64,000 nt of DNA from an uncultured bacterium. GTDB lineage: Bacteria > Patescibacteriota > JACMRA01. The position numbers were made by a program, and so were the translations under genes. The first letter of the stretch is position 1. Every line of letters begins with the position of its first letter. This document shows positions 29,590-39,513 of this stretch, piece by piece. The stretch is from positions 704,001-768,000 of the forward strand of contig OY969926.1 in NCBI GenBank assembly GCA_963704645.1, written 5' to 3'. Under the pieces are notes generated by a model, which saw nothing but the letters and a program-made list of their open reading frames with translations, was not told the origin of the DNA and did not search any database.

Positions 29590-30741
29590 ATGCCTAACGA
29601 AGATTTAAATTCAACTCCAACAAACCAAACTCCAACACCTCCAGTAGACTATAATTCTGCTTATTACGATCCTAACAACAACACTATGCCGCAACAGCAG
29701 GTAGGTAGTTATGTAGATCAAGGTGTTCCAATGCCTCCCGCAGATGCAGGTTTTTATAATTCCGCTTCTCCAGCTTCGCCTTATGCAGATTACACTCAGC
29801 AACCTGCTTATCAAGACCCAGCCGCTTCAACCGTTTACGGAGATTATACACAAAGTAATAATTTAGAAACTGAAGCTCCTGTCTTCGAAGAAAAGAAGAG
29901 TGGAAATAAACTTGTTGTGTACGGAGCAGTTGGATTACTAGTAGTATTGGTTATAGCGGCAGGTGTTTTATTATGGTTAAACTTTGGTGGTCAAACAACC
30001 CCAACAGATACAGCTAATACTCCTCCGGCTTCAAGCAACAATTCTAATACTAACAATAGTACTAACACGCCTGCAACTACACCTAGTAATAATTCCAATT
30101 CTACAACCAGTACAACTCTAACAGGAGGTGCTAATACACCAGCCACTAAATCTAGAGTTTTTAACGAAACTAAGGCTCCAAAAACTTGGCTGAAGCAAAA
30201 ATTTACTACAGCTGTTGTAGATACTGATGGTAACTGTATTGTAACTAACATCTGTGGCGATTCTACAGATCCAGACAGTGACGGATTAACCAACATAGAA
30301 GAATATAACTTCCAAACTGATCCACAAAATGGTGACACTGATAACGATGGAATCTCTGATGGGGACGAAACTTATGTATATTATTCAGATCCAGTTAAAG
30401 ATGATTCAGACACCGATACTTATAAAGATGGTGCAGAATTAGCTAATTGCTATGATCCAATTTTAAATGAAACTGGAAAAATTGGTAGTGCAAAATTAAC
30501 CGATATTGCTACTCAGATTGGGTTACGTCCATTGCATGAAAAAACCAAGGCAACTTTAACTACTGCAGGTGCTACAGCAGTAGATCTTTCCAGTAAAGGT
30601 GTTTCTTCTGTAAAATGTGCCGCAGCTGCTTCCACTGCTTCTACAACACCAGCCACAACGTCATCAACTTCAGGTACAACTCCTACTTCACCTGCAACTA
30701 CTACTTCCCCAACAAGCACAAATCAAGCAGTTCAAAACTAA
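29590..30741 (+). CDS. Membrane-anchored protein with Ca-binding DxDxDG (thrombospondin-3-like) repeats
   Basis: Pro/Tyr-rich N-terminus, one TM, DPDSDGL, DTDNDGI, DSDTDTY, Thr/Ser linkers. Confidence 0.75.
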   Translation: MPNEDLNSTPTNQTPTPPVDYNSAYYDPNNNTMPQQQVGSYVDQGVPMPPADAGFYNSASPASPYADYTQQPAYQDPAASTVYGDYTQSNNLETEAPVFEEKKSGNKLVVYGAVGLLVVLVIAAGVLLWLNFGGQTTPTDTANTPPASSNNSNTNNSTNTPATTPSNNSNSTTSTTLTGGANTPATKSRVFNETKAPKTWLKQKFTTAVVDTDGNCIVTNICGDSTDPDSDGLTNIEEYNFQTDPQNGDTDNDGISDGDETYVYYSDPVKDDSDTDTYKDGAELANCYDPILNETGKIGSAKLTDIATQIGLRPLHEKTKATLTTAGATAVDLSSKGVSSVKCAAAASTASTTPATTSSTSGTTPTSPATTTSPTSTNQAVQN

Positions 30742-30777
30742 CATTTGACCTAAGTAGGCATATAATTTTGGTTAAAA

Positions 30778-31373
30778 GTGTGATTATAATTTATGGCCTT
30801 GGTAATGTGGGTGAACAATATGCTTTAAATAAGCACAATATTGGATGGATAGTACTAGATAAAATAGCTAATAAATTGGGTTTAAGTTGGCAAAAAGTTT
30901 CTGGCGGATTTTATTTCAAAATTAGTAACAATATTATTTGCTTTAAGTCTGACGGATTTATGAATAATTCTGGTGAAAGACTAAGTAAGTTTATTTCCTA
31001 CCAGAAGATTAATACTTCAAATATTCAAATTATTGTTGTTCAAGACGATAGCGACCAAATTGTTGGCTGCGCTAAGTTATTATTAGCAGGGGGAAGTGCA
31101 GGACATAAAGGAATTGCTGATATATATAAATATTCCTTAAGCCTGAAAATTGATACAAGCTCTATTTGGAGGCTTAAAATTGGTATTAGGCCAGAAGGAA
31201 ATAGATTAAAAAGTGAAACCTTTGTACTTACAAATGTATCTGAAGAAGAAAAAAATATTGCAACTTCAATTTCTAATTTAATAGTTTTAGATTTGCAAAA
31301 AAATAATTTGTCTAACCTTATTAATTTACAGCAAATAATTAATTCTGAATATGTACTTAGACAAGCTAAATAA
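30778..31373 (+). CDS. pth: Peptidyl-tRNA hydrolase
   Basis: GLGN..Y...HNIG, FMNNSG, QDD, GGSAGHKG, RLKIGI; GTG start chosen by homology. Confidence 0.9.
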
Positions 31374-32916
31374 AATAATACAGGAGGGTAAAAAAATAGC
31401 AGTAATAGGTCTTGGAAAAGAAAATCAGCAGTTTTTAAGTTGGCTAACGCAGGTTGTGAATTTTCCTGCTGAAAACATTATTCTTGCAGATAAATCTGAA
31501 AATTTAAATTTAGAGGAAGACTTAACCTCCGTTTTGGCAAAATCAGAGAAATTATTGGGCAGTAACTATTTAGATTGTTTACAAAATGAAGACTTGGAAT
31601 GGGTTTTTAAAGCCCCTGGCATTCATAGTTTAAAACCAGAGTTCTTGGCTTTTCGGCAAAAAAAAGGTAATTGGACAGTAACTTCTAGTTTAATTTTCTT
31701 CATAGAAAAATTTGGTCCAAACATAATTGGGGTAACTGGCACCAAGGGTAAAAGTACAACTTCAAGCTTAATTTTACACATATTAAACGGTTTGGGCTCG
31801 TTTAAAGCTGATTACTGTGGAAATACAACTGGTATTTCGCCGTATTCTTTTTGGAAAGAGTTAAATTTTGAATGTCCCGTAAATAATTTTTGGGTAATTG
31901 AACTGTCTTCTTTTCAGTTGCAAGATATTGGTTTGGCAGAACTTTCCCCATCTAGATCGGTAATTACCAATTACTATATAGATCATCTAGATCAGCATAG
32001 TAATGCGGAAGAATATTGGAATGCAAAAGATCAAATTTTCCTGTATAACAATTCTTTTTTGGTGGCTAACCAGCAAATTCAGGAAGTTAGTAAAAGTAGT
32101 TTGCCAAACTCCAAAATTTTAATTTCTTCCTTAGAAGCAACTGAATCTGTTCAAAAACTTCAGTTTAAGCTTCCTGGAGAGCACAATAAAATTAATTTAG
32201 CTTTAGCTTTGGCAATTGTTTCTAATGCTGTTAATTCCAATAATAAAAATTTGGATGACGTAAAAAGATGGGTGAGCCAGAACATAGATTTGCTAAATTC
32301 AATTTTGCCTAATTTCCAAGGATTGCCTCATAGATATGAAAAAGTAAGAGAGGTAAACCTAAAAATAGATATTTTAGAAAAACCAAAAAATTTAAATATT
32401 ATTTTTGTTGATGATGGCTACGCAACAGAACCAGACGCTGTGGCTGCTGCTATAAAATCTGTTCCTTCAACTTTTGGTAACTTTCTATGGCTATGGCTGG
32501 CTGGGGTAGATAAAGGCTCAGGTTTAAAATCTATTGTAGACGCTATTTTTGAAAAACAATTGCACTCTGAATTATATAGTGTAGAATATTGTGGAGCTGT
32601 AGGAAAAAGAGTTTTAACAGAACTGTATCACTCCGTGGGTTCACATCAGGAAATAGATGCTATAAAGTTTAGAGATAGTGTGGCACAGTTAACTGGGAAT
32701 TTAGATGAAATAGAAAATAACTTTAAAAATTGGTTGAACGATTTAATTGAAGAGCTAAAACAAACAGAACAAGATGAAGTATTAACCGAGCTAGAAAACT
32801 TGGAAGAAATTAATTTACATATAGTATTTTCACCAGGCGGCTCCTCTTTTGATGAATTTAAAAATGTAGGCCAGAGGGCAGAATGGTGGGTACAGTGGGT
32901 TAGGGGGTTGAAGTAG
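31351..32916 (+). CDS. murD: UDP-MurNAc-L-Ala:D-Glu ligase
   Basis: GVTGTKGKSTT, ELSSFQL, DHLD.H, GLPHR, SPGGSSFDEFKN. Confidence 0.9.
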   Translation: MYLDKLNKIIQEGKKIAVIGLGKENQQFLSWLTQVVNFPAENIILADKSENLNLEEDLTSVLAKSEKLLGSNYLDCLQNEDLEWVFKAPGIHSLKPEFLAFRQKKGNWTVTSSLIFFIEKFGPNIIGVTGTKGKSTTSSLILHILNGLGSFKADYCGNTTGISPYSFWKELNFECPVNNFWVIELSSFQLQDIGLAELSPSRSVITNYYIDHLDQHSNAEEYWNAKDQIFLYNNSFLVANQQIQEVSKSSLPNSKILISSLEATESVQKLQFKLPGEHNKINLALALAIVSNAVNSNNKNLDDVKRWVSQNIDLLNSILPNFQGLPHRYEKVREVNLKIDILEKPKNLNIIFVDDGYATEPDAVAAAIKSVPSTFGNFLWLWLAGVDKGSGLKSIVDAIFEKQLHSELYSVEYCGAVGKRVLTELYHSVGSHQEIDAIKFRDSVAQLTGNLDEIENNFKNWLNDLIEELKQTEQDEVLTELENLEEINLHIVFSPGGSSFDEFKNVGQRAEWWVQWVRGLK

Positions 32917-33060
32917 GAAGTTTTAGCAACCTTTATATCTAAGCCCAGGAAGCTGACCTTTTGAGGTTGGCTGCTTTTAAATTTCAGACAATTAAGTTTT
33001 CAACAGCAAAATCTTGGAAGAAAAAAAGCCTCAAGGATTACTTGAAGGCTCTTTTGAATA

Positions 33061-33523
33061 TTAATTTAAAGTATATTCAATATTAATGTGTTCAGGTGAA
33101 AAAGTTTTAACAAAACCGAATTGTACTTCAATTAAAGTGTTTGCAACCTCCATATCTTTTTCAAGGTCAAAAGTGTAATCATTATTAATTTCTTTAAAGA
33201 GATCTGCAATAGTAATTTTAACTGCTGAAGCATATCGGCTAATAACTACAATTTTCATCGTAAAGCCTGCCTCATATTCACCGCTAAAGATAATTTTTAC
33301 ACAGCCTTGTTCAATATTTTCCAAACTCCAAATGCTAAATTGCCAAACCATTTCGGTAAATCTTCTAATAATCACTACAACGTTCTAAATAGATATCTTC
33401 ATATGGAAATGAATCTTGAAGGTAAAAATTTTTCTCATCTCTCGACAAGTAGGGAATCACTACAACTGTATTTTTGTTAAAAATTGGATTGCCTTGTTCA
33501 AAAATTTTTTGTAAGGTTTGCAT
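33061..33523 (-). pseudogene. Frameshifted paralog of 36258-36734
   Basis: ATG 33523 gives MQTLQKIFEQG...YLERCSDY*, and the other frame continues IIRRFTEMVWQF...; both pieces align with MTTLQKIFNEG...LEKCETSFLMIRNFTETFW. Confidence 0.8.
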
Positions 33524-33620
33524 CTATTTCTCCATCAAATAAATTTTCAACATTTCTGTCTTTTTTAATGAAAGCACAAAGTTTAAGAAAGGTCAATCTT
33601 TCACACAAAATTATAATTAG

Positions 33621-33681
33621 ACTAAAAAATTTTTTAAAAACAAAACTCACCCCGTTAAGGGTGATTAATGATGGCTCCGAA
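33621..33681. repeat. Direct repeat of tRNA-Asn 3' end and terminator
   Basis: AAAACAAAACTCACCCCGTTAA(A)GGGTGATTAATGATGGCTCCGAA shared with 34437-34495. Confidence 0.85.
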
Positions 33682-33802
33682 CAGCGGACTTACTTCGAAC
33701 TTTTGACTGGAGTGAATTTGAGTTTTCTGGGAAGTTAAGTTTTGTTTAGGGGAAAATTTGGCAAGAAAAAAAGCCCCAAGAGTAGTAGGGGGCTTCTTTG
33801 GA

Positions 33803-34339
33803 TTAGTATTCTACATTGGCGAAGACTCTTTCTACAAAATCAGGTAGTGTATCTGCACTACTAATTGTTGAATAATTATGGACAACAGTCTGTCTAACCC
33901 TAGTCTGCAAATGGTGAAACTCAAAATTAAATTTAGCTTCATCTATAAAAGTTACATGAATGCTTACTTTTGCAATATAGTTTGTTGACAGGATGTGACA
34001 AAACAAAGTGCCATCAGTTTCGACTCCGACAAAGAAAGCAAATAGAACGCCTTCATAATTTTGTGAAAAAAACTGGCCTATAAGCATCTTGTCCAAAGAA
34101 GTACAGGCTTTATGACAATACAAACGACCTCCACAGAATGTTTCTATTACGTACTTACCATTTTTGTAAGTACCATCATAAAAACTGATTTCGCCTGAAT
34201 TAGCTTTAGCATGAAAATTTTGATTAATTATATATTCCCATCGTCCATTAACTAATTCATGCCAACTATCGTTGCTGTAAGCAACAAGATGACTAGCCAA
34301 ATGGGTCTCATAAAGCAACCAAGAGTAAAGCCTGCTCAT
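33803..34339 (-). CDS. Orphan cassette protein (~178 aa)
   Basis: GGAGG then ATG 34339; promoter motif at 34414-34386; terminator at ~33765-33797. Confidence 0.6.
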   Translation of the reverse strand: MSRLYSWLLYETHLASHLVAYSNDSWHELVNGRWEYIINQNFHAKANSGEISFYDGTYKNGKYVIETFCGGRLYCHKACTSLDKMLIGQFFSQNYEGVLFAFFVGVETDGTLFCHILSTNYIAKVSIHVTFIDEAKFNFEFHHLQTRVRQTVVHNYSTISSADTLPDFVERVFANVEY

Positions 34340-34485
34340 TAAAATCTTCCTCCAAAATAAATTTTCAGCATTACTTTCCTCTTTCATAAACGCATAAAAA
34401 TTTGTTAAGGTCAAACTCCAATTCAAATTTCATTGAACTAAAAAATTTTAAAACAAAACTCACCCCGTTAAAGGGTGATTAATGA

Positions 34486-34561
34486 TGGCTCCGAAGACAG
34501 GACTCGAACCTGTGACCTGGTGATTAACAGTCACTCGCTCTACCAACTGAGCTACTTCGGA
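34486..34561 (-). tRNA. tRNA-Asn(GTT)
   Basis: TCCGAAG/CTTCGGA acceptor stem, CTGTTAA loop, GGTTCGAGT, GCCA. Confidence 0.95.
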
Positions 34562-34664
34562 ATGCCTTTAATTTATAAAAATTTCTAGGGTTTTAGTCAA
34601 GTTAAAGGGTTTTTCTGCAGCTCTGAATCTAATTTATTTTGGAATAAGCTATTCAGAAACTAGC

Positions 34665-35414
34665 TTAATTTAAATACAAATAGTCTAAAATACCGTCTGA
34701 AAACCTGCTAATTTCCGCTAAATCTGGGTATCTTACGGTTTGATTGTAGACTTTAATTAAATAGTAATTATCTGCAGTTAAAGCCGTATAAATTTCATCA
34801 GACTGAACGTTGGGATTGGAATATTTAGTTAGCTTAATATCTTTAGGAAGAGTAATGCTGGTTTCTTGCTGCACCCAACCAGAGCCTAGTTTTTGAATAA
34901 CAGTTTTGTTATAATCTTCCGAAGTTAATTTATTGTCGTACTCGCTAACCACAATTTCTAAACCAGAAATTAATTCCCTGTTGTCTCGGTTTATTCTTGC
35001 CACATACCTTGTTGCGGAAGCAATTTTATTTGGAATGAACTCGAAAGGAACACTGCGTCTGTCTAATTTAAAAGCGTCTGGGGCAGGAGTTTTTAAAACC
35101 AAACTAAAACCGTCTGCACCTATAATTACTTTGTCATCACTTTCTTTTACGCCGGCAACCTGTTGATTTTTAAGAGCAGCAATTTGTTTTTCGGTGTTTT
35201 GTTTTTGGTATAAAGTAAATACACCAAGACCAATAACGCTAAGCATTAATACAGAAACTAAAAGCCACAGCTGGTTAGAAGCAGGGTTAGGTTTACTTTC
35301 TAGTTTATATTTTAAAGCCTCTTCTTGGTTATTTAAAAAACTATCAAAGTTGGAATTTTGAGCTTCCACGGCTTGTTTAAAATCAATATCAGGATTAGCT
35401 GAAGTGTTGGTCAT
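34665..35414 (-). CDS. Membrane-anchored hypothetical protein
   Basis: Single TM at aa ~49-68 followed by extracytoplasmic domain. Confidence 0.65.
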   Translation of the reverse strand: MTNTSANPDIDFKQAVEAQNSNFDSFLNNQEEALKYKLESKPNPASNQLWLLVSVLMLSVIGLGVFTLYQKQNTEKQIAALKNQQVAGVKESDDKVIIGADGFSLVLKTPAPDAFKLDRRSVPFEFIPNKIASATRYVARINRDNRELISGLEIVVSEYDNKLTSEDYNKTVIQKLGSGWVQQETSITLPKDIKLTKYSNPNVQSDEIYTALTADNYYLIKVYNQTVRYPDLAEISRFSDGILDYLYLN

Positions 35415-35613
35415 AATACTTATAAATTAGCTTTCAGGGTAGTTTTGTCAATTGCTTTAAGTCTTTTACGCTTTTTCTATAAAATTAGTAATATAGATAG
35501 GTTTGAATTTGTATATTTCTTAATAGAAAATAAATTATTGACCTAAGCAAAAATATATTCACCAATAAAAACAGTTGGAAATGTTGGAATTATATTAAAG
35601 GAAATCTTGAAAA

Positions 35614-36090
35614 ATGACTGATTTAGAAGATATTTTTAATGCAGGAAGCGAAGTATATGTACCTGGAAAAAAATTAGATAATGTAAAAATTGTTAGCTTA
35701 GTTCAATTTGATAATTTTCAGAATATCCAACCAATAGCTAACTCTGAGTTTGTTTACTTAATAAAACAAAGCAATTGTTGGGTTCTGGCTAATAAGTTTC
35801 AGTATAAAGATTGGAGTTTTCAATTTCTAGACAATGATAATTTACTTATAGGAAGAATTAGGGTTGCATTTAATGGCAGCCAAATGACTGTTTCTAAATT
35901 CTCATGTCTTCAAGATTACCCTATTATGTTAAATCTTATAATAAAAAAGGGTATGCCACATAGTTATAGAAATTTTGTTTTGCCTGTTTATCAAGATAGT
36001 ATAGTGCAAGAAATAGCTGATAGCGATAATCTAAAAAACACTTTAGGTATTCAACATTTTGAATTGTCACTTTCAGTTGGCGATAATTAG
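35614..36090 (+). CDS. Orphan protein, distant paralog of 36258-36734
   Basis: MTDLEDIFNAG vs MTTLQKIFNEG; W.F.......G...V.F pattern; same terminator tail. Confidence 0.6.
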   Translation: MTDLEDIFNAGSEVYVPGKKLDNVKIVSLVQFDNFQNIQPIANSEFVYLIKQSNCWVLANKFQYKDWSFQFLDNDNLLIGRIRVAFNGSQMTVSKFSCLQDYPIMLNLIIKKGMPHSYRNFVLPVYQDSIVQEIADSDNLKNTLGIQHFELSLSVGDN

Positions 36091-36257
36091 TTAAATTGTA
36101 AGATCAAGCTCTAGTAATTCTAAGAGCTTTTTTTCTTGCCAAATTTTCTCTGTATAAAGCAAATTTATAACTAAATCCAACATTGACTTTAACTAAATTT
36201 TATGTTTTTATAAAAGAAGACGGAAACATTGAAATTATACCTAGGATAAATAGAGAA

Positions 36258-36734
36258 ATGACAACTCTACAAAAAATTTTTAACGAAGGTCTATCGACTG
36301 AATTAAAAAATGACTGTGTGGTGATTCCTAAACTGTCCGCAGAGGAGAAAATTATCTACCTTAAAGATACATTTCCTTTTCAAAACATATATTTAGAGAA
36401 GTGCGAAACTTCTTTCTTAATGATCAGAAATTTCACTGAAACTTTTTGGTTGTTTACAATTTGGAGCCTAGATAGTGTTCATCTGGGGTCAGTTCAGATT
36501 AGTTTTCAGGGTGATTATGAAAGTGGTCTAAAAATGAAAATTATTTCTAAGAGTGAAAACGATTCCACAATTAGAATTTCTATAACTGATACACTAAATA
36601 ATAACTCAAACATTGATTTCATTGTTGATCTTGAAAAAGATGTTGAATCTATTGAACCTTTGCTTGAATTAACCTGGGCTTTTCATACTCTTTTCTCTCC
36701 TGCAAACGTTGACATTGCTTTGACCTTAAAATAA
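36258..36734 (+). CDS. Orphan cassette protein (~158 aa)
   Basis: The track TTG at 36183 is the -35 box; ATG 36258 aligns with the start of paralog 33523. Confidence 0.65.
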   Translation: MTTLQKIFNEGLSTELKNDCVVIPKLSAEEKIIYLKDTFPFQNIYLEKCETSFLMIRNFTETFWLFTIWSLDSVHLGSVQISFQGDYESGLKMKIISKSENDSTIRISITDTLNNNSNIDFIVDLEKDVESIEPLLELTWAFHTLFSPANVDIALTLK

Positions 36735-36811
36735 TTCTCCAAAAAAGTCCCATGTTTATGCTTGGGGCTTTTTTTCTTGCCAAATTTTGGTGTAGCACCT
36801 AGCTTTTAAAC

Positions 36812-38077
36812 ATGTCTTTCCAATATGATTTTGAAACTTTAAAACAGGCTATTTTGTTTAATACAGTGGAAGTTTTGCCAACTGAAGAAGCTCAGCTAGA
36901 TAGTGAAATTAAGGTTCTTGTTGAAGAAGCTAATAAATCTGGGCAGGTTATTAAGCATTATATTGGTTACGAAATTTCAGGAATTTTGCATTTTGGAAAT
37001 AATACTTATCAAATGTTGAAAGTGGCTAAGTTGCAGCAGGCAGGTGTACAATGCATGGTTTGGCTGGCAGATTATCATACTAAAATTAACAAAAAATTAG
37101 ATGGAAAAATGAGTACAATTAACAAAGTTGCTCATGAATATTTTGAACCAGTTATAAGAAAAGCTGTAGATATTTGTGGCGGAGATGGCTCCAAATTAGT
37201 AGTTTTGTATGCTAAAGACGAATATTTTAGAAAAAATGAAAACGATTTAAGCTTTTGGGATTTTGAATTTGAAGCTGAAGAGCATTTGTCGGTTAACCGT
37301 GTTCTGCGCTCCCTTTCTATTGCTGGTAAAGAGGCTGGTAGCGAAAGTGATTACAAATTAACCCGTTACCCTGGTATGCAAGCTGCGGATGTTTTTTGGC
37401 ATCAAACCCACTTGGTCCAATCGGGCTTAGATCAGCGTAAAATTTACGTTTCTTGTAGAGACATGGCTGAAAAGCTTGGTCCTGAGTTCCAGTTAAAAAT
37501 TGGTGAAAAAAGTGTGAAGCCAATTACAATGTTCACTAAACTTTTGCTAGGAATGTTGCCTCCGCAAGTTGCCACAACAGGAAGTACTCAGGAAGCTGTT
37601 TCTAAAATGTCTAAGTCAAGACCAGATTCAGCAATTTTTGAACACGATTCAGCAGAAGAAATTTCTAGGAAATTAAAGAAAGCTTATTGCCCAATGCCTA
37701 CTTATTATTTCCCAGGAAGCAGTGAAAGTATATCATTTGAATTTAATGGGGCAAACATCGATACAACTAAGGGCGAGACTTCTGCCAAGCTGAAAGAGCA
37801 AATGGTACAAGCTACTAATCCACTTCTTAACTGGTGTGAAAACTTAATTTTCCCTGCTGGCAAAACCGTTCAAATTAACCGTCCAGAAAAGTTCGGTGGT
37901 AACAAAACTTATACTCAATTCAACGAAATTTACACAGATTATTTAGAAGGAAATTTACATCCCTTAGATTTAAAAAACGGTGTAGCAATAACTTTGGCCG
38001 AATGGTTTGCTCCAATAAGAACTTGGGTAGAACAAAACCCTGAAGGGCTGGAGATTATTAAGAAGGTTAGGGGGTAG
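36812..38077 (+). CDS. tyrS: Tyrosyl-tRNA synthetase, archaeal/eukaryotic type
   Basis: YIGYEISG.LHFG, YP.MQAAD, GLDQRK, KMSKS, KKAYCP, RPEKFGG, LHPLDLK; no S4 domain. Confidence 0.9.
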   Translation: MSFQYDFETLKQAILFNTVEVLPTEEAQLDSEIKVLVEEANKSGQVIKHYIGYEISGILHFGNNTYQMLKVAKLQQAGVQCMVWLADYHTKINKKLDGKMSTINKVAHEYFEPVIRKAVDICGGDGSKLVVLYAKDEYFRKNENDLSFWDFEFEAEEHLSVNRVLRSLSIAGKEAGSESDYKLTRYPGMQAADVFWHQTHLVQSGLDQRKIYVSCRDMAEKLGPEFQLKIGEKSVKPITMFTKLLLGMLPPQVATTGSTQEAVSKMSKSRPDSAIFEHDSAEEISRKLKKAYCPMPTYYFPGSSESISFEFNGANIDTTKGETSAKLKEQMVQATNPLLNWCENLIFPAGKTVQINRPEKFGGNKTYTQFNEIYTDYLEGNLHPLDLKNGVAITLAEWFAPIRTWVEQNPEGLEIIKKVRG

Positions 38078-38092
38078 TAAAATTATTTACTT

Positions 38093-39058
38093 ATGACCTA
38101 TCCATTACAAAATATACATGAATTTATTGAAAGCAGAATAGATAACCCTATAAAAGTTAGTTTCGGAGAACTCTATAAGTTAAATATAGAAATTGCTAAT
38201 ATTATTAATATAATTAGAGATAATTTTGATTATTATAACGGCTATACATCGCAGATAGAAATGAAAGGTAATGTGTTTAAAGTTGCTCAAGAGTTAAGTA
38301 GTGAGTACAATCAACTAATTGAAGATTTCACAAAAGAAGAACCATGGTTTGATATAAATACATATGGTAGAGGCTATAATAGCGTTAATCCTAAAATTTC
38401 GTCATTTATCGAAAAATTTATTGTGTTTAGAGACAAGTTAATTCTTAGTCCAGTATATCCTCATGTAATAGGCATAGTACTAGCTAATAACCATTCTAAT
38501 TTAGAAACCAAAATAGAGACAACGCTAAGAGAAGTTGAAAAAAAACTAGAAAGTGCTAACAAAATTCTTAATCAGTCAATAAACAAGGAATATTCTACCT
38601 ATTTTGAGAAATATAGTAATCTTCAAAGAAACTGGTCTTTTGGATGGCTACTATTTATACTTATCTTGATAGTCTTGGTTATACTTGCTTTGTTTTCCTT
38701 CCTTCCTTTAAACCATTATCCACAAAATATTACAGAAAACAATGCTTTGATTGCGTATCTGTTACCTAGAATATCCATTGGTTTTACTTTGTTTTATATT
38801 TTATTTTTTGCAGTAAAAAACTATCGATCATTAAAACATATGCAATCAATCTATGCTCAAAAATCTAAATCAATTAGCACATACAAAGATTATATCTCCA
38901 CAATTGAAGATAAAGAAATAAGAGACACAGTTAGAAAAGAAGTTGCTAAAACTATTTTTGAAATTCATGAGACTGGTTATATAAAAGAAAACAAAGATAA
39001 AGACAATTTGGAAAATTTGAACATTGCTGATATTATTAGGGCGGCAAAGTCATCCTAA
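38093..39058 (+). CDS. Hypothetical protein with coiled coil and two TMs
   Basis: 321-aa ORF; ATA/AGA-rich codons suggest foreign origin. Confidence 0.65.
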   Translation: MTYPLQNIHEFIESRIDNPIKVSFGELYKLNIEIANIINIIRDNFDYYNGYTSQIEMKGNVFKVAQELSSEYNQLIEDFTKEEPWFDINTYGRGYNSVNPKISSFIEKFIVFRDKLILSPVYPHVIGIVLANNHSNLETKIETTLREVEKKLESANKILNQSINKEYSTYFEKYSNLQRNWSFGWLLFILILIVLVILALFSFLPLNHYPQNITENNALIAYLLPRISIGFTLFYILFFAVKNYRSLKHMQSIYAQKSKSISTYKDYISTIEDKEIRDTVRKEVAKTIFEIHETGYIKENKDKDNLENLNIADIIRAAKSS

Positions 39059-39076
39059 TTACTAAACCTTTTTCTT

Positions 39077-39367
39077 TTAATTAACGTTTCTTAACACTGT
39101 AATTACGGTGAACCCTAAAATACATAAAACAAACACTAACACTGAAACAGCTGTGGAAATCCAAGCGTACTTAGCAGCCTTACTTTTGTTGGCGGAAAAT
39201 ATTATTCCAATTATTAAACTGATAAATGTGGCTACTATGCTTATTGCGGCAACTATAAAAATTAAGAAGCTTATCACGTTTCCGGTTAAGCCTGCAATAT
39301 CATTTTTTGGTTGAATTGTTTCCAGTTGAATTGATGGTGCTAAACTTGGGTTATTGTTTTGGTTCAT
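39077..39367 (-). CDS. Small two-TM protein, possible VirB2/TrbC-like pilin
   Basis: NVISFLIFIVAAISIV...GIIFSA.K.KAAK.AWISTAV resembles the CPR T4SS-pilin pattern. Confidence 0.4.
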   Translation of the reverse strand: MNQNNNPSLAPSIQLETIQPKNDIAGLTGNVISFLIFIVAAISIVATFISLIIGIIFSANKSKAAKYAWISTAVSVLVFVLCILGFTVITVLRNVN

Positions 39368-39513
39368 ATTTTTAAGTATAAAGAATTTGTAGACTTTGTA
39401 CAGTTTATTTTTAACTAAAATGATAGGTTATACTTAATAGATTAATATTTTTAATTACTTTACAACTCAAAAAATATTGCTTCTGTTTATAAAGTACTTT
39501 TTGAGTTACATTT

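Noticed and set aside
33484-33738. 84-aa ORF on the plus strand
   Set aside because: Antisense to the pseudogene start, its promoter and the duplicated terminator
33010-36800. Integron cassette array
   Set aside because: No attC-type RYYYAAC...GTTRRRY structure or integrase seen, and the units carry their own promoters
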